DNA from: an uncultured Desulfospira sp.
Lineage (GTDB): Bacteria > Desulfobacterota > Desulfobacteria > Desulfobacterales > Desulfobacteraceae
Length of the DNA: 64,000 nucleotides
Direction of reading: 5' to 3'
NCBI GenBank assembly: GCA_963663165.1
Contig: OY760175.1
Span: 3,800,153-3,864,152 of the forward strand
Position numbers and translations under genes: made by a program. The notes under the pieces were generated by a model. It was not told the DNA's origin and made no database searches. It worked only from the letters and a program-made list of their open reading frames with translations. Positions 10,049 through 18,837 of this stretch are shown piece after piece (the first letter of the stretch is position 1; every line of letters starts with the position of its first letter).

Positions 10049-10801
10049 CTAATCTGATTTTAAGGCATCCATGTTAAAGGTTAAGGATGTCCCGTACCAG
10101 ATGATCTGCCTGTCTTTTACCGGCACCTCGATTTTAGCACTGATTAACTGGAAATTTTTATCAGACAGTGTAACGGAAAAACGGTCATCGGTCTTTACCG
10201 TTGTGAGTTTCTGGGCACCGCTGGCCTGGGTCAGGGCGGCCTCATGTATCTGCTGCCCCATAAAATAAAGCCGGACCTGCAGAGACTCGCCCTTGGCCAG
10301 TGCTGCCGGATTTTTTAACGGCACGATTTCAAACCGTTGATTCAACGGTTCCGTGACCCACGGATGCCAGCTCTCTATATGTTTCATGAACTTATAGGAG
10401 TGGCCCTCTTTGACCACATCCTTCAGGCCGGTGATTCTTTTGTTTTGCCAGCCCTGGGTTGTGTGCATCCAGTATTTGTTATAAACCAGGGCCGTTAAAA
10501 CGCTGAAGGGCTGCTGAACTTCCAGATAGGCTCCGGCACTTTCCGGCTTCCATCCAATGCTGACGGGAAGCCATTTTTTGTTTTCAAGGTGTCCGGCCGC
10601 CTGAACAACCCGCTCCGGCTCATAGGGGTCGCCTTGGGCAACCCCTTCCACCATGTGCCCCATCACAATTTCGAACCCTTTTTCCTGTGACCCGTCCAGC
10701 CACCAGTCATGGGCCATGGCCGCCGGCACGGATAAACACAGCAGAGCCGAAACCATTACCGGGATCACAACGGCTTGAAACAAACCATTCTTATTTTTCA
10801 T
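10049..10801 (-). CDS. DUF4198-like periplasmic protein (metal-uptake accessory, paired with TonB receptor)
   Basis: Signal peptide followed by AHDWWL, the usual mature N-terminus of DUF4198 proteins. Lies 23 nt downstream of the TonB-dependent receptor. Confidence 0.55.
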   Translation of the reverse strand: MKNKNGLFQAVVIPVMVSALLCLSVPAAMAHDWWLDGSQEKGFEIVMGHMVEGVAQGDPYEPERVVQAAGHLENKKWLPVSIGWKPESAGAYLEVQQPFSVLTALVYNKYWMHTTQGWQNKRITGLKDVVKEGHSYKFMKHIESWHPWVTEPLNQRFEIVPLKNPAALAKGESLQVRLYFMGQQIHEAALTQASGAQKLTTVKTDDRFSVTLSDKNFQLISAKIEVPVKDRQIIWYGTSLTFNMDALKSD

Positions 10802-10823
10802 GATTCCACCTAATTTTTGAGTA

Positions 10824-12884
10824 TCAGAATGTATACTTAACGGTCAGTTGAAGATATCTGCCATCGCTGCCTGAGTATTGATTGTACCCGCTCCAGTTGC
10901 TGACATATTCTGAATAGGTTTCATCAAACAGGTTTTTCACATCAAACGAAATGGTCCACTGATCGGAAAACGTATGGGCGATTTTAAGGTCAACCACATC
11001 GTATCCCCCGTAACTATCGGTATTATCACTTCGGGTATACCATTTTCCCACCTTGTTATACCAGACGCGCAACGAGGTGTTGGTGGGGAATATATACTCA
11101 ACCCCCAGCTTTAAGATTGATTCCGGTATGGCAGAGACATGGTTGCCGTAATATGATTTGCTATCATCTTCATAGGTGGCTTCCTGGTAGGTATAGGCCC
11201 CGAAAAACTGGAGATTTTCCAACGGCATCAGGTTTATCTCGATTTCGTGCCCTTTCCGGACCGTTTCCCCCTGGTAGCTATAGCCCCATTCGTTGGCGAT
11301 GCTGTCATAAGTACCGGTGATTTCATCATCATTTACACTGTAAAAATAAGCATAACGAATCATAATCTGTTCAATGGGGCTGGCCTTGATTCCGCCTTCA
11401 TACTGGATAAAATTGCTTTCATCGGGTGCGTCTGAGGCATATTTGGCTTCATTTTTGGGCAGCTGAAACCCAGTCCCGACATTAGCGTATATGCTGTAAT
11501 TGGGCAAAAATGTATAAATCACGCCCGCGCTGTATGTCCAGATATTATAATCGCTGAGGTCCATGGAGATGTCTGTCAGCCGGTTGGTGAAATCACCGTC
11601 AAATGTGTCAAAACGGCCCCCCGCAAACAGGCGCAGCATCTCAGACGGATCCCAGTTGGCCTTGGCGTATATCCCGAAATTGAAAAGGTTGTAATCGTAA
11701 TCCCTGGACTGAGAATCCCGGTGCTGGCTGGTGGTATTGTATTTTGTTTCATCCGTGTCATAATTTCTGTAATCAAATCCAACATCAAACCGCAGGTTCT
11801 GGCCTTGTGCCATGGGCATATCATACCCGAGGTTCATCAAGGCACCATAAACGTTGTGTTCAAAATGGCCTTCGGTCTGATTGCCGCCGTATGTTGAGAA
11901 CCGGCTGTAGTCCACATCCTGATACCAGAATTTGAACGTCAGGGGCGTGTTCTCATTGATATCCCAGTCCGCATGCAGCTGAATTTCAGCCATATCCGTA
12001 TATCCGCCGTCATCATCCATTACCGACTGGGTGGGATCGGCCTCCCACTCAGGTTCCGTCAGGTATCCGGCAGCATCCCAGTCCGCAGAAAACGCATGGG
12101 CGATCAGGCCGATCTGAAGGTCCTGGCTTGGGCGGTAGAACCACTTGCCGTATATATTCTGACGTTCATAGTCGCTGCTATCCCGGTATCCTTCCGTATC
12201 ATAGGCCTCCACGACATAAACCTGGTTGAATTTGTTATCAAAATGTTCGGAACCAATGCTGGCAAATCCCTTTTTGGTATCAAAACTGCCATAGGCCAGT
12301 TTGGCTGTTCCAAAATCTCCGCGCTTGCGGGTGTTGAAGTGAACGCTGCCAGCCCTGCACCAGTTACCGTATTGGGCGTCAATGGGGCCTTTAACAACTT
12401 CAATGCTTTCAATGTCGTCAACACTTAGCTGGGTTAAATCCGCAGCACCATCGGCCGGGCCGAACGGATAGTTGTAGGGAATTCCGTCAATGGTGATCAG
12501 GGTATGCTGCCCGTGTCCGCCGGTACCAAAGCCCCTCATGGTAAACCCATTTGGAACGCTCCCCGAATTGTAATCCCCGACTGCAAATCCGGGAACGATC
12601 CGCAAAATATCCAGCGCAGTATCGGCTTCCTGTTTAGCGATTTCATCCTCTCCGATGATATCCACTGAACCGGGCAGGTCCGCAGAATGGTTAACTTTCT
12701 TTGCTTTTACCGTCATGTCGCCGATATTCATGATCACCTGGTTTTTTTCCTCATCCGTGTCCAAGGCCTCCTGAGCCTGGCTGGTTGAAGTATCTTCAGC
12801 AGCTACCGCAAAAGGACCGGCAACAAGAATACCTGCAATAATTAAAATCCACATCCGCAGCAACCAGCTAGCTGTACCTTTCAT
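10824..12884 (-). CDS. TonB-dependent outer-membrane receptor
   Basis: Start moved to the ATG at 12884 (RBS AAGGAGA, signal MKGTASWLLRMWILIIAGILVAGPFAVAA). Plug motifs include DILRIVPGF and TMRGFG. Beta-barrel repeats present. Terminal aromatic ...LQLTVKYTF. Confidence 0.9.
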   Translation of the reverse strand: MKGTASWLLRMWILIIAGILVAGPFAVAAEDTSTSQAQEALDTDEEKNQVIMNIGDMTVKAKKVNHSADLPGSVDIIGEDEIAKQEADTALDILRIVPGFAVGDYNSGSVPNGFTMRGFGTGGHGQHTLITIDGIPYNYPFGPADGAADLTQLSVDDIESIEVVKGPIDAQYGNWCRAGSVHFNTRKRGDFGTAKLAYGSFDTKKGFASIGSEHFDNKFNQVYVVEAYDTEGYRDSSDYERQNIYGKWFYRPSQDLQIGLIAHAFSADWDAAGYLTEPEWEADPTQSVMDDDGGYTDMAEIQLHADWDINENTPLTFKFWYQDVDYSRFSTYGGNQTEGHFEHNVYGALMNLGYDMPMAQGQNLRFDVGFDYRNYDTDETKYNTTSQHRDSQSRDYDYNLFNFGIYAKANWDPSEMLRLFAGGRFDTFDGDFTNRLTDISMDLSDYNIWTYSAGVIYTFLPNYSIYANVGTGFQLPKNEAKYASDAPDESNFIQYEGGIKASPIEQIMIRYAYFYSVNDDEITGTYDSIANEWGYSYQGETVRKGHEIEINLMPLENLQFFGAYTYQEATYEDDSKSYYGNHVSAIPESILKLGVEYIFPTNTSLRVWYNKVGKWYTRSDNTDSYGGYDVVDLKIAHTFSDQWTISFDVKNLFDETYSEYVSNWSGYNQYSGSDGRYLQLTVKYTF

Positions 12885-13128
12885 CACATAGATCTCCTTT
12901 TCTAAAAAAAATCGCATTTGAATAACTTTAACGGAGTAACTGTTTGAAAATAAGCCCTTTTCCACAAATAAAAAAAAGCCATAAAGATCAACAGGATTCA
13001 GCCTGCCTGTTACCTTCATGGCTTTTTGAATATACGGATTCTACGCTTATTTTATGATTTTACTTCTTCTTCGTGAAGAGAATTGGCCCCCGTTTAGCCA
13101 ATAGTTTTTACTTTGTCAATACATTTTG

Positions 13129-13304
13129 TCAGAGTAGGGGGTCAAGAGTAGGGGGTCAAACCTTGATTATAGCATTATGTGTCAGAGTAGGGGGTCAAAC
13201 CTTGATTATAGCATTATGTGCCGACATGGATTATAAATGGGGGCTATTACTGCTCGCATACATATGCGGCTAATGCCAAAGGACAATAATCAAGGTTTGA
13301 CCCC
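13129..13304. repeat. Cluster of GGGGTCAAACCTTGATTAT-core repeats (two direct, one inverted)
   Basis: A 39-bp unit GTCAGAGTAGGGGGTCAAACCTTGATTATAGCATTATGT is tandemly repeated at 13129-13219. An inverted core lies at 13286-13304, followed by TTCTCAC x2. The tracked ORF 13073-13273 is built from these repeats. Confidence 0.8.
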
Positions 13305-13321
13305 TTCTCACTTCTCACTGC

Positions 13322-14209
13322 TTAGAAAGAGCCTTCTTCCCAGGCCACCAGCCTTACGAATCCGCCGTCAGCCATTTCACAGCGGAAGGGGAATGCGGCA
13401 ATGATCATCCGTTTGCCGGTCACCGCATCAATATCGCCGCCTGCGTTCTCAACGGTAATCACGCCGGCCTGCATGTACATCCGGTGGCAGGGTTCATAAT
13501 CGGGGAATTCCACATCCGGGTCTTTGCCGGTTGCTTTGCGGTATGCCTTGTCCAGCCACGGCATCTGCTCTTTGAGGGGGTAGTGCCAGAGCGGAGAATC
13601 TGTGGCGCCCCAGGTGCCTGAGATCCCTTTGATTTTCTTGTCATGGATCAGGTATTCGGCAATTTCAGGCCCCATGCCGGGATAGTAGTTGTAATATTTA
13701 TCGTTATTGATTCTCCAATAATCTTGGAAACCGGTGTTGATCACCACCCAGTCATTTTCCCGGATATCCAGGCCGTCTTTTGCACAGGCTTTGTCCACAT
13801 CTTCGGGCATGATGATTTTCCACAAATCGGGTTCAAAACCGGTTTTCCAGGTCGCCTCAAACTCCTCTTTTAAATGACGCATATCCAGAATGACGCCGGT
13901 CCCCACGCAGTACTCTAACGGCAGCTCATTGAGTGAATACCCGTTGCGCTCACGGTCCACTTCCTCTTCATGGAGGACATGGTTGGGGGCATCCATATGG
14001 GTGCCGGCATGGAGGGTGCCGGTATAGGTCATGGTCCGCTTATGGAAACGGCCCAGATACTGTCCTCTCGGGAATGCAAGGTCCTGGCGAGGTCCGGGGA
14101 AAGGCCATAACGGCGTATCAACTCCCCAGGGTTGAGAAAGATCATAAATCTTGGTCATTTTGTTTTTGTCAAGGTACATTCTGCTTTTATCTAGCGGCAT
14201 ATATGCCAT
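13322..14209 (-). CDS. Cyclase-family (PF04199-like, kynurenine formamidase fold) metal hydrolase
   Basis: 295 aa. HAGTHMDAPNH matches the HxGTHxDxPxH metal motif. RBS AAGGAG lies 9 nt upstream of the ATG. Confidence 0.8.
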   Translation of the reverse strand: MAYMPLDKSRMYLDKNKMTKIYDLSQPWGVDTPLWPFPGPRQDLAFPRGQYLGRFHKRTMTYTGTLHAGTHMDAPNHVLHEEEVDRERNGYSLNELPLEYCVGTGVILDMRHLKEEFEATWKTGFEPDLWKIIMPEDVDKACAKDGLDIRENDWVVINTGFQDYWRINNDKYYNYYPGMGPEIAEYLIHDKKIKGISGTWGATDSPLWHYPLKEQMPWLDKAYRKATGKDPDVEFPDYEPCHRMYMQAGVITVENAGGDIDAVTGKRMIIAAFPFRCEMADGGFVRLVAWEEGSF

Positions 14210-14433
14210 GGCTTCTGTCTCCTTTTATTTTATTCTAGTTGAAACCGGCCAAAGCCGGCGGCCAAGAAGATACGGTTTTGTATATATTGTGGGCCGGTAT
14301 TTCATATTCTCAAATATATAGGACGGAAATATATGTCAAGAAAAAAAACATTTTTGTGCAAAATTTATGGTTTTAGGCCAAAAATTTAGAAAAATTAATT
14401 GACATATTACCGATAATTTGCAACATTGCGCCA

Positions 14434-15351
14434 ATGAATAATACTGATCTAAAATTGATGAAAGAACTCCAAAAAAATGGGGCGGTTAGCTACTCAGAAC
14501 TGTCCACCATACTTGGGGTTACCCCGAAAACTGTGGGCAAACGGGTTGAAAAGCTGATCCAGTCGAGGATCATATCGGTCAGGGCACAGCCGAACCCTTA
14601 CAAACTCGGGCTGTCCGCCTGTGCCATTGTGGCCATTAAAGCCAATGCCACCGCCGTTGAAGGAATATGTGATCATCTGGCCGGCTTCTTTCATGTTAAT
14701 CTGGTTCAGGTCTTTTTCGGAAGATTTGATATCATGGCCATTGTCTATTTTCCCGATTTTGAGATGCTGCATCAGTTTATTGATAATGAGTTGTATACCA
14801 TCGAAGGCGTCACCCAGCTCGAACTATTCTTTGTCCATGAAATTTTCAAACGGTATGATCGTTTTTTTAAAAAAGAACCGTTCCAGAAAGAACCGGTAAA
14901 ATTATCCCAGAACGACTGGGAGCTTATTTCAGAACTGTCCAAAGACGGGCGTTTAAACCCTTCTGTCCTGGCTGAAAAACTCGGCATCCATGTAACCACG
15001 GTCTACCGCAGAATCTCGGCTTTAACCGAAGGGGATATTATTAAAATAAGCGGGGTGCCCAACCCGCTGAAGTTTGCTTACTCGGCCAGTGCTTATATAA
15101 TGTTGGACGTCAATCCCAATAATGTACAGCAGATCTGTAAAAAACTGCTCCCTTATAAGGAAGTTCATTTCATCATGACACTGGGCAGGCGGTCAGGAAT
15201 GATTATCTGTGTTCATTCCACGGATACGGCATCGCTGCATCAGTTTCTTCAAAAGGTGATCATCCCCTTAGACGGTATCATTGATACGGAAACCTTAATC
15301 GGGGCATCGGTGAAAAAAACATATTACGGATGGCTGATCGGAATCGGATAG
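14434..15351 (+). CDS. Tandem (duplicated) Lrp/AsnC-family transcriptional regulator
   Basis: 305 aa with two HTH_AsnC-like modules (LMKELQKNGAVSYSELSTILGVTPKTVGKRVEKL and LISELSKDGRLNPSVLAEKLGIHVTTVYRRISAL). Each is followed by a RAM-like domain. Paralog of 47214-48206. Confidence 0.8.
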   Translation: MNNTDLKLMKELQKNGAVSYSELSTILGVTPKTVGKRVEKLIQSRIISVRAQPNPYKLGLSACAIVAIKANATAVEGICDHLAGFFHVNLVQVFFGRFDIMAIVYFPDFEMLHQFIDNELYTIEGVTQLELFFVHEIFKRYDRFFKKEPFQKEPVKLSQNDWELISELSKDGRLNPSVLAEKLGIHVTTVYRRISALTEGDIIKISGVPNPLKFAYSASAYIMLDVNPNNVQQICKKLLPYKEVHFIMTLGRRSGMIICVHSTDTASLHQFLQKVIIPLDGIIDTETLIGASVKKTYYGWLIGIG

Positions 15352-15360
15352 GCGGCCCTG

Positions 15361-15544
15361 CATAACGGCCACGGGCCGCCTTGGTTATCCAACCGAGAGC
15401 CGCCCACAACGAATAAGGAAAGTCTTCTCAGGACGTTAGTGAGACTTTTATATAACGGCCACGGGCCGTCTTGGTTATCCAACCAAGAACCGCCCACAAC
15501 AAATATTGAAAGTCTTATCAGGATGTTAGTGAGACTTTCATATA
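15361..15544 (+). repeat. Two tandem copies of a 90-bp structured repeat
   Basis: ATAACGGCCACGGGCCG.CTTGGTTATCCAACC...GAAAGTCTT.TCAGGA.GTTAGTGAGACTTT starts at 15362 and again at 15452. A third, inverted copy lies at 28696-28790. Confidence 0.85.
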
Positions 15545-15658
15545 AAACGAAATACCGGCGTCTGCATTTTTTTAAGGCAGATGCCCAGGCTATAGACAAG
15601 CCCCGGCAGGGGTTAATTTTAATTAACAGAATGCAAATGACTAGGAGGCTTAAGGAAT

Positions 15659-15985
15659 ATGAAAGTTGTCAAAAATGCACAAGGTACGCCTTACGAAGCG
15701 CCTAAACATTTTGGTGTTTACGGAATTCAAAAATTTGTAGAAGAATCAAAACGGGTCAAGGTATTTTACTCATACTTTCAACCCAACGGCGGGGCTGACA
15801 TGTCCGGGTCCCCCACCGAAAAAATATACTATCTGGTCAGCGGCAGTATTACCGTAAAAGGCACATCAGAAGAACACGTTATGAACCAGGGCGATATCAT
15901 TTTTATCGACGCCGGCGAAGAACGTGAAATCACCATCAACGACGGCAAACCGGCCGAGCTGCTGGTGTTTATTATCACGCCTTAA
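15659..15985 (+). CDS. Cupin-domain small protein
   Basis: 108 aa. The pattern EKIYYLVSGSITV...GDIIFIDAGEEREI is typical of a single cupin barrel. RBS AGGAGG upstream. Confidence 0.6.
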   Translation: MKVVKNAQGTPYEAPKHFGVYGIQKFVEESKRVKVFYSYFQPNGGADMSGSPTEKIYYLVSGSITVKGTSEEHVMNQGDIIFIDAGEEREITINDGKPAELLVFIITP

Positions 15986-16036
15986 CAGAGGTTTAACAAA
16001 GCGTAACCATTCAACAAATATTGAAAAGGATGACCA

Positions 16037-16804
16037 ATGACAGATATATTCAGATTAGACAATAAAGTCGCTGTGGTTATCGGTGGGGCCGGCGGAATCG
16101 GAGAAGCCTGTTCTGTTGGACTGGCAAAACAGGGCGCCACCACCATTATTGCCAGCCGGAACCTGGAAAAGGTTCAGGCCGTTGCCGATGACATCGCATC
16201 CAAAACCGGGGCCACAACCGGCGCCTTTCAGGTGGATGCCACGGATGAAGCCAGCGTCACCAAGCTGGCCGCAGATATTGCCGAAAAATACGGCAAAATA
16301 GACATCCTGGTCAACACCCACGGCATGAACAAAAAAGGCGCGCCCCTGGAATTTGACATGAATGACTGGGACCACTTGTTTTCCGTCAACGTCAAAGGGG
16401 TCATGATGGCCTGCCGGGCCTTTGCCAAATACATGATTGACCAGGGAAAAGGCAAAATCATTAACATGTCCTCTGTCCGGGGCATCCGGGGCACCGGCGG
16501 CGGCAATGTGGCCTATGGTGCCACCAAAGGCGCCGTAGACATGATCACCCGTATGCTGGCTGCCGAATGGGCACCGTACAACATCAATGTCAATGCCATG
16601 GCCCCCTCTCTGGTCCTGACAGACACCATTAAAAAAGCCGTGGCCCCGGACCGCCTGGAAATGCTGGCCAAAAGCAGCCTTTTCAAACGCCTGGGCACCC
16701 CGGAGGAAATGGCAGGGGCCTGTGTGTTCCTGGCCTCTGAGGCATCAGATTTCATGACCGGCCAGATTCTTTATGTAGACGGCGGACTGACAGCTGTGGG
16801 ATAG
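16037..16804 (+). CDS. Short-chain dehydrogenase/reductase (classical SDR)
   Basis: 255 aa. GGAGGIGEA is the TGxxxGxG-type NAD(P) motif, and SS...YGATKGA is the catalytic S-YxxxK. C-terminus is ...ILYVDGGLTA. Confidence 0.9.
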   Translation: MTDIFRLDNKVAVVIGGAGGIGEACSVGLAKQGATTIIASRNLEKVQAVADDIASKTGATTGAFQVDATDEASVTKLAADIAEKYGKIDILVNTHGMNKKGAPLEFDMNDWDHLFSVNVKGVMMACRAFAKYMIDQGKGKIINMSSVRGIRGTGGGNVAYGATKGAVDMITRMLAAEWAPYNINVNAMAPSLVLTDTIKKAVAPDRLEMLAKSSLFKRLGTPEEMAGACVFLASEASDFMTGQILYVDGGLTAVG

Positions 16805-16940
16805 AAACACACCTGCCTTGCGTAACTTAAGTTCTTAACCATTGTCCTGATTGCCCCATGGGTTGGTAAAATTCAACCCCCAGGGTCATCAGGACAATGG
16901 TGTTGCATTGGACAATCTTATAATATAAGGAGAAGGGTTC

Positions 16941-18140
16941 ATGCGCTTCCGGGTTACGGCCATTATCATTGCAGGGTTTACCACTATATTTGCCGCCTTC
17001 GGCATCCGGTATTCATACGGTGTCTTACTGCCGGAAATGCTTTCCTCTCTGGCCATCTCCAACACCGAGGCCGGTATCATCTACTCTTCCTATTTTCTGA
17101 TCTATACCTTGAGTTCTCCCGTGCTGGGGTTGATGGTGGACCGGACCAATGCACGGGTTCTGCTGACTGTTTTTGTCGCTCTGCTGGGCCTTGGCGGCTG
17201 CCTGATGTCAACGGCATCAACCGTTTTAACGGCCAGTTTCTTTTTTGCCATTGCCGGGCTTGGCCATTCCGCATGCTGGGCCCCCGTGGTCACCGTGGTC
17301 ATGCGATGGGTAAGCCGGGAAAGAAGGGGAATCGTTCTGTCCGTCGTCGACCTGGGAAGCGCCAGCAGCATCGCCTTCTGGAGCTTTTTGATTCCCATTA
17401 TCATCGGTTCATTCGAGTGGCGGCTGGTCTGGGTTTTACTCGGGTTAACCGCCCTGATGGCGGCGGGGTTGAACTTTTTTGCCATCAAGGACCGGCCTTC
17501 CTGCCCCACCGGACCTGAAGAAACATTGAAAAAGCCCAGTGCCTCCATCCGGGATACCTACCGGATCATTTTTTCATACCGTAGCTTTCACCTGATTGCC
17601 CTGTCCTACATGATGATCAGTTTTGCCATCCTCATTCCCTTTACCTTTTTGACCGCCTACAGCACCCAGAAGCTCAATATTCCTTATTCATCGGCAGCCC
17701 TTCTCATAGCGGTCATCGGCATTTCAGGATCTGTGGGCAAACTGATTCTCGGCTATGTCTCCGATCAGGTCGGCCGCATCCGGATCATGATGCTTTGCGG
17801 TGTCCTGGTGGGGTTAGGGGGGGTGGGGCTGGCGTTTGTACAGAATTTTTCCCTGCTGGTGATATCAACCATCATTTTCGGTGCCGGATACGGGACCATC
17901 TGGCCCCAGTACGCCGCTGCGGCCAGGGATTTGTTTTCCGAAGAATACTCGGGCAGCGTCATCGGCCTTTGGACACTGTACCATGGCTTTGGCTCCGTAC
18001 TGGCCCCGATCATTGCCGGCTGGAGCATCGATGCCACCGGGACCTACTTTTATGCCTTTATCATGACCATTGCCAGCGCGGTCCTTGCCCTGGTGCTGCT
18101 GCTGCCGCTAAGTGCCGGCAAAACAGCCGTAAACAAATGA
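16941..18140 (+). CDS. MFS transporter
   Basis: 399 aa with about 12 predicted helices and a GxxxDRxxxR-like loop (GLMVDRTNAR). RBS AAGGAGAAGG upstream. Confidence 0.8.
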   Translation: MRFRVTAIIIAGFTTIFAAFGIRYSYGVLLPEMLSSLAISNTEAGIIYSSYFLIYTLSSPVLGLMVDRTNARVLLTVFVALLGLGGCLMSTASTVLTASFFFAIAGLGHSACWAPVVTVVMRWVSRERRGIVLSVVDLGSASSIAFWSFLIPIIIGSFEWRLVWVLLGLTALMAAGLNFFAIKDRPSCPTGPEETLKKPSASIRDTYRIIFSYRSFHLIALSYMMISFAILIPFTFLTAYSTQKLNIPYSSAALLIAVIGISGSVGKLILGYVSDQVGRIRIMMLCGVLVGLGGVGLAFVQNFSLLVISTIIFGAGYGTIWPQYAAAARDLFSEEYSGSVIGLWTLYHGFGSVLAPIIAGWSIDATGTYFYAFIMTIASAVLALVLLLPLSAGKTAVNK

Positions 18141-18206
18141 AAAGCACTGATGAACAGTTACGGGTCCTGATTTTTGCTCATTTTTCAGCATCAGCTGAAT
18201 AGTCAC
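18130..18206 (+). mobile_element. Half copy (right half) of the 152-bp MITE seen at 37122 and 39554
   Basis: AAACAAATGAAAAGCACTGATGAACAGTTACGGGTCCTGATTTTTGCTCATTTTTCAGCATCAGCTGAATAGTCAC aligns to 37196-37273. It overlaps the MFS stop codon. Confidence 0.7.
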
Positions 18207-18214
18207 AAAACCGG

Positions 18215-18787
18215 TTAAGTTTCAGAAGGAATCATGATGTCATAATAATTTTTGTCCTTGGAAGTTTTTTTATAGCTTGCCTCTCCCTTTAATGCATCTA
18301 TGGCCGCTTGAAATTCATCTCCCAGTCCGGCCGGGTCAGAAATAGAATCAGAGTCCCGGTAAATGATACAAAGATGAGACTGCAGCATGGATGTATTGAT
18401 ATAAATAACGGGGCCGCTTCCATTGTCCGTAATAGAGCTTTGAACCAGGCTTTTGATAAGTTTGAAAACCTTATCGTAATTCCCCTTGAATGCCTCTCCG
18501 CTGGGGTTTGAAAAGGATGTTTTAAGATTGTATCTGCTAAACCGGCGCTCTATGTTGGATAACAATTCCTCAATGTCAATGGGGCCGGGTTTGAACGGCA
18601 CCCGGTTTTCCCCATACAGGGCATCTATCATGTCTTCCTCAAATTCAAAAATTTTTGTACTGAGCGAATCAGGGATGACCATGATGTCTTTGTTCTCGTC
18701 ATCAAGAGACCCCATTGTCAGTGTTCCCTGCTGTTCCTTGATCCAGATACCCCTTTTTAATAATGAGGGATTTTGGTTGTTATCCAT
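18215..18787 (-). CDS. Hypothetical protein (possibly a degenerate GHKL/HATPase-like domain)
   Basis: 190-aa ORF with RBS GGGAGA. Weak resemblance of IDIEELLSNIERRF...LIKSLVQSSITDNGSGPVIYINT to kinase ATPase N/G boxes. Lies downstream of the PAS-LuxR gene. Confidence 0.35.
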   Translation of the reverse strand: MDNNQNPSLLKRGIWIKEQQGTLTMGSLDDENKDIMVIPDSLSTKIFEFEEDMIDALYGENRVPFKPGPIDIEELLSNIERRFSRYNLKTSFSNPSGEAFKGNYDKVFKLIKSLVQSSITDNGSGPVIYINTSMLQSHLCIIYRDSDSISDPAGLGDEFQAAIDALKGEASYKKTSKDKNYYDIMIPSET

Positions 18788-18837
18788 GCGTTATCTCCCA
18801 AGGTCAATAATTTATGAAAAGCCACCCATCTGCTGCG

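Noticed and set aside
13129-13219. The tandem repeats here and at 15361-15544 might be small CRISPR arrays.
   Set aside because: There are only two to three abutting or overlapping units with no unique spacers between them. No cas genes are present, and copies of the same units occur dispersed and inverted elsewhere (4958, 13286, 28696).
13073-13273. The 66-aa ORF between the TonB receptor and the cyclase gene.
   Set aside because: Its sequence is generated by the tandem GGGGTCAAACC repeats (duplicated peptide VGGQTLIIALC), so it is not a gene.
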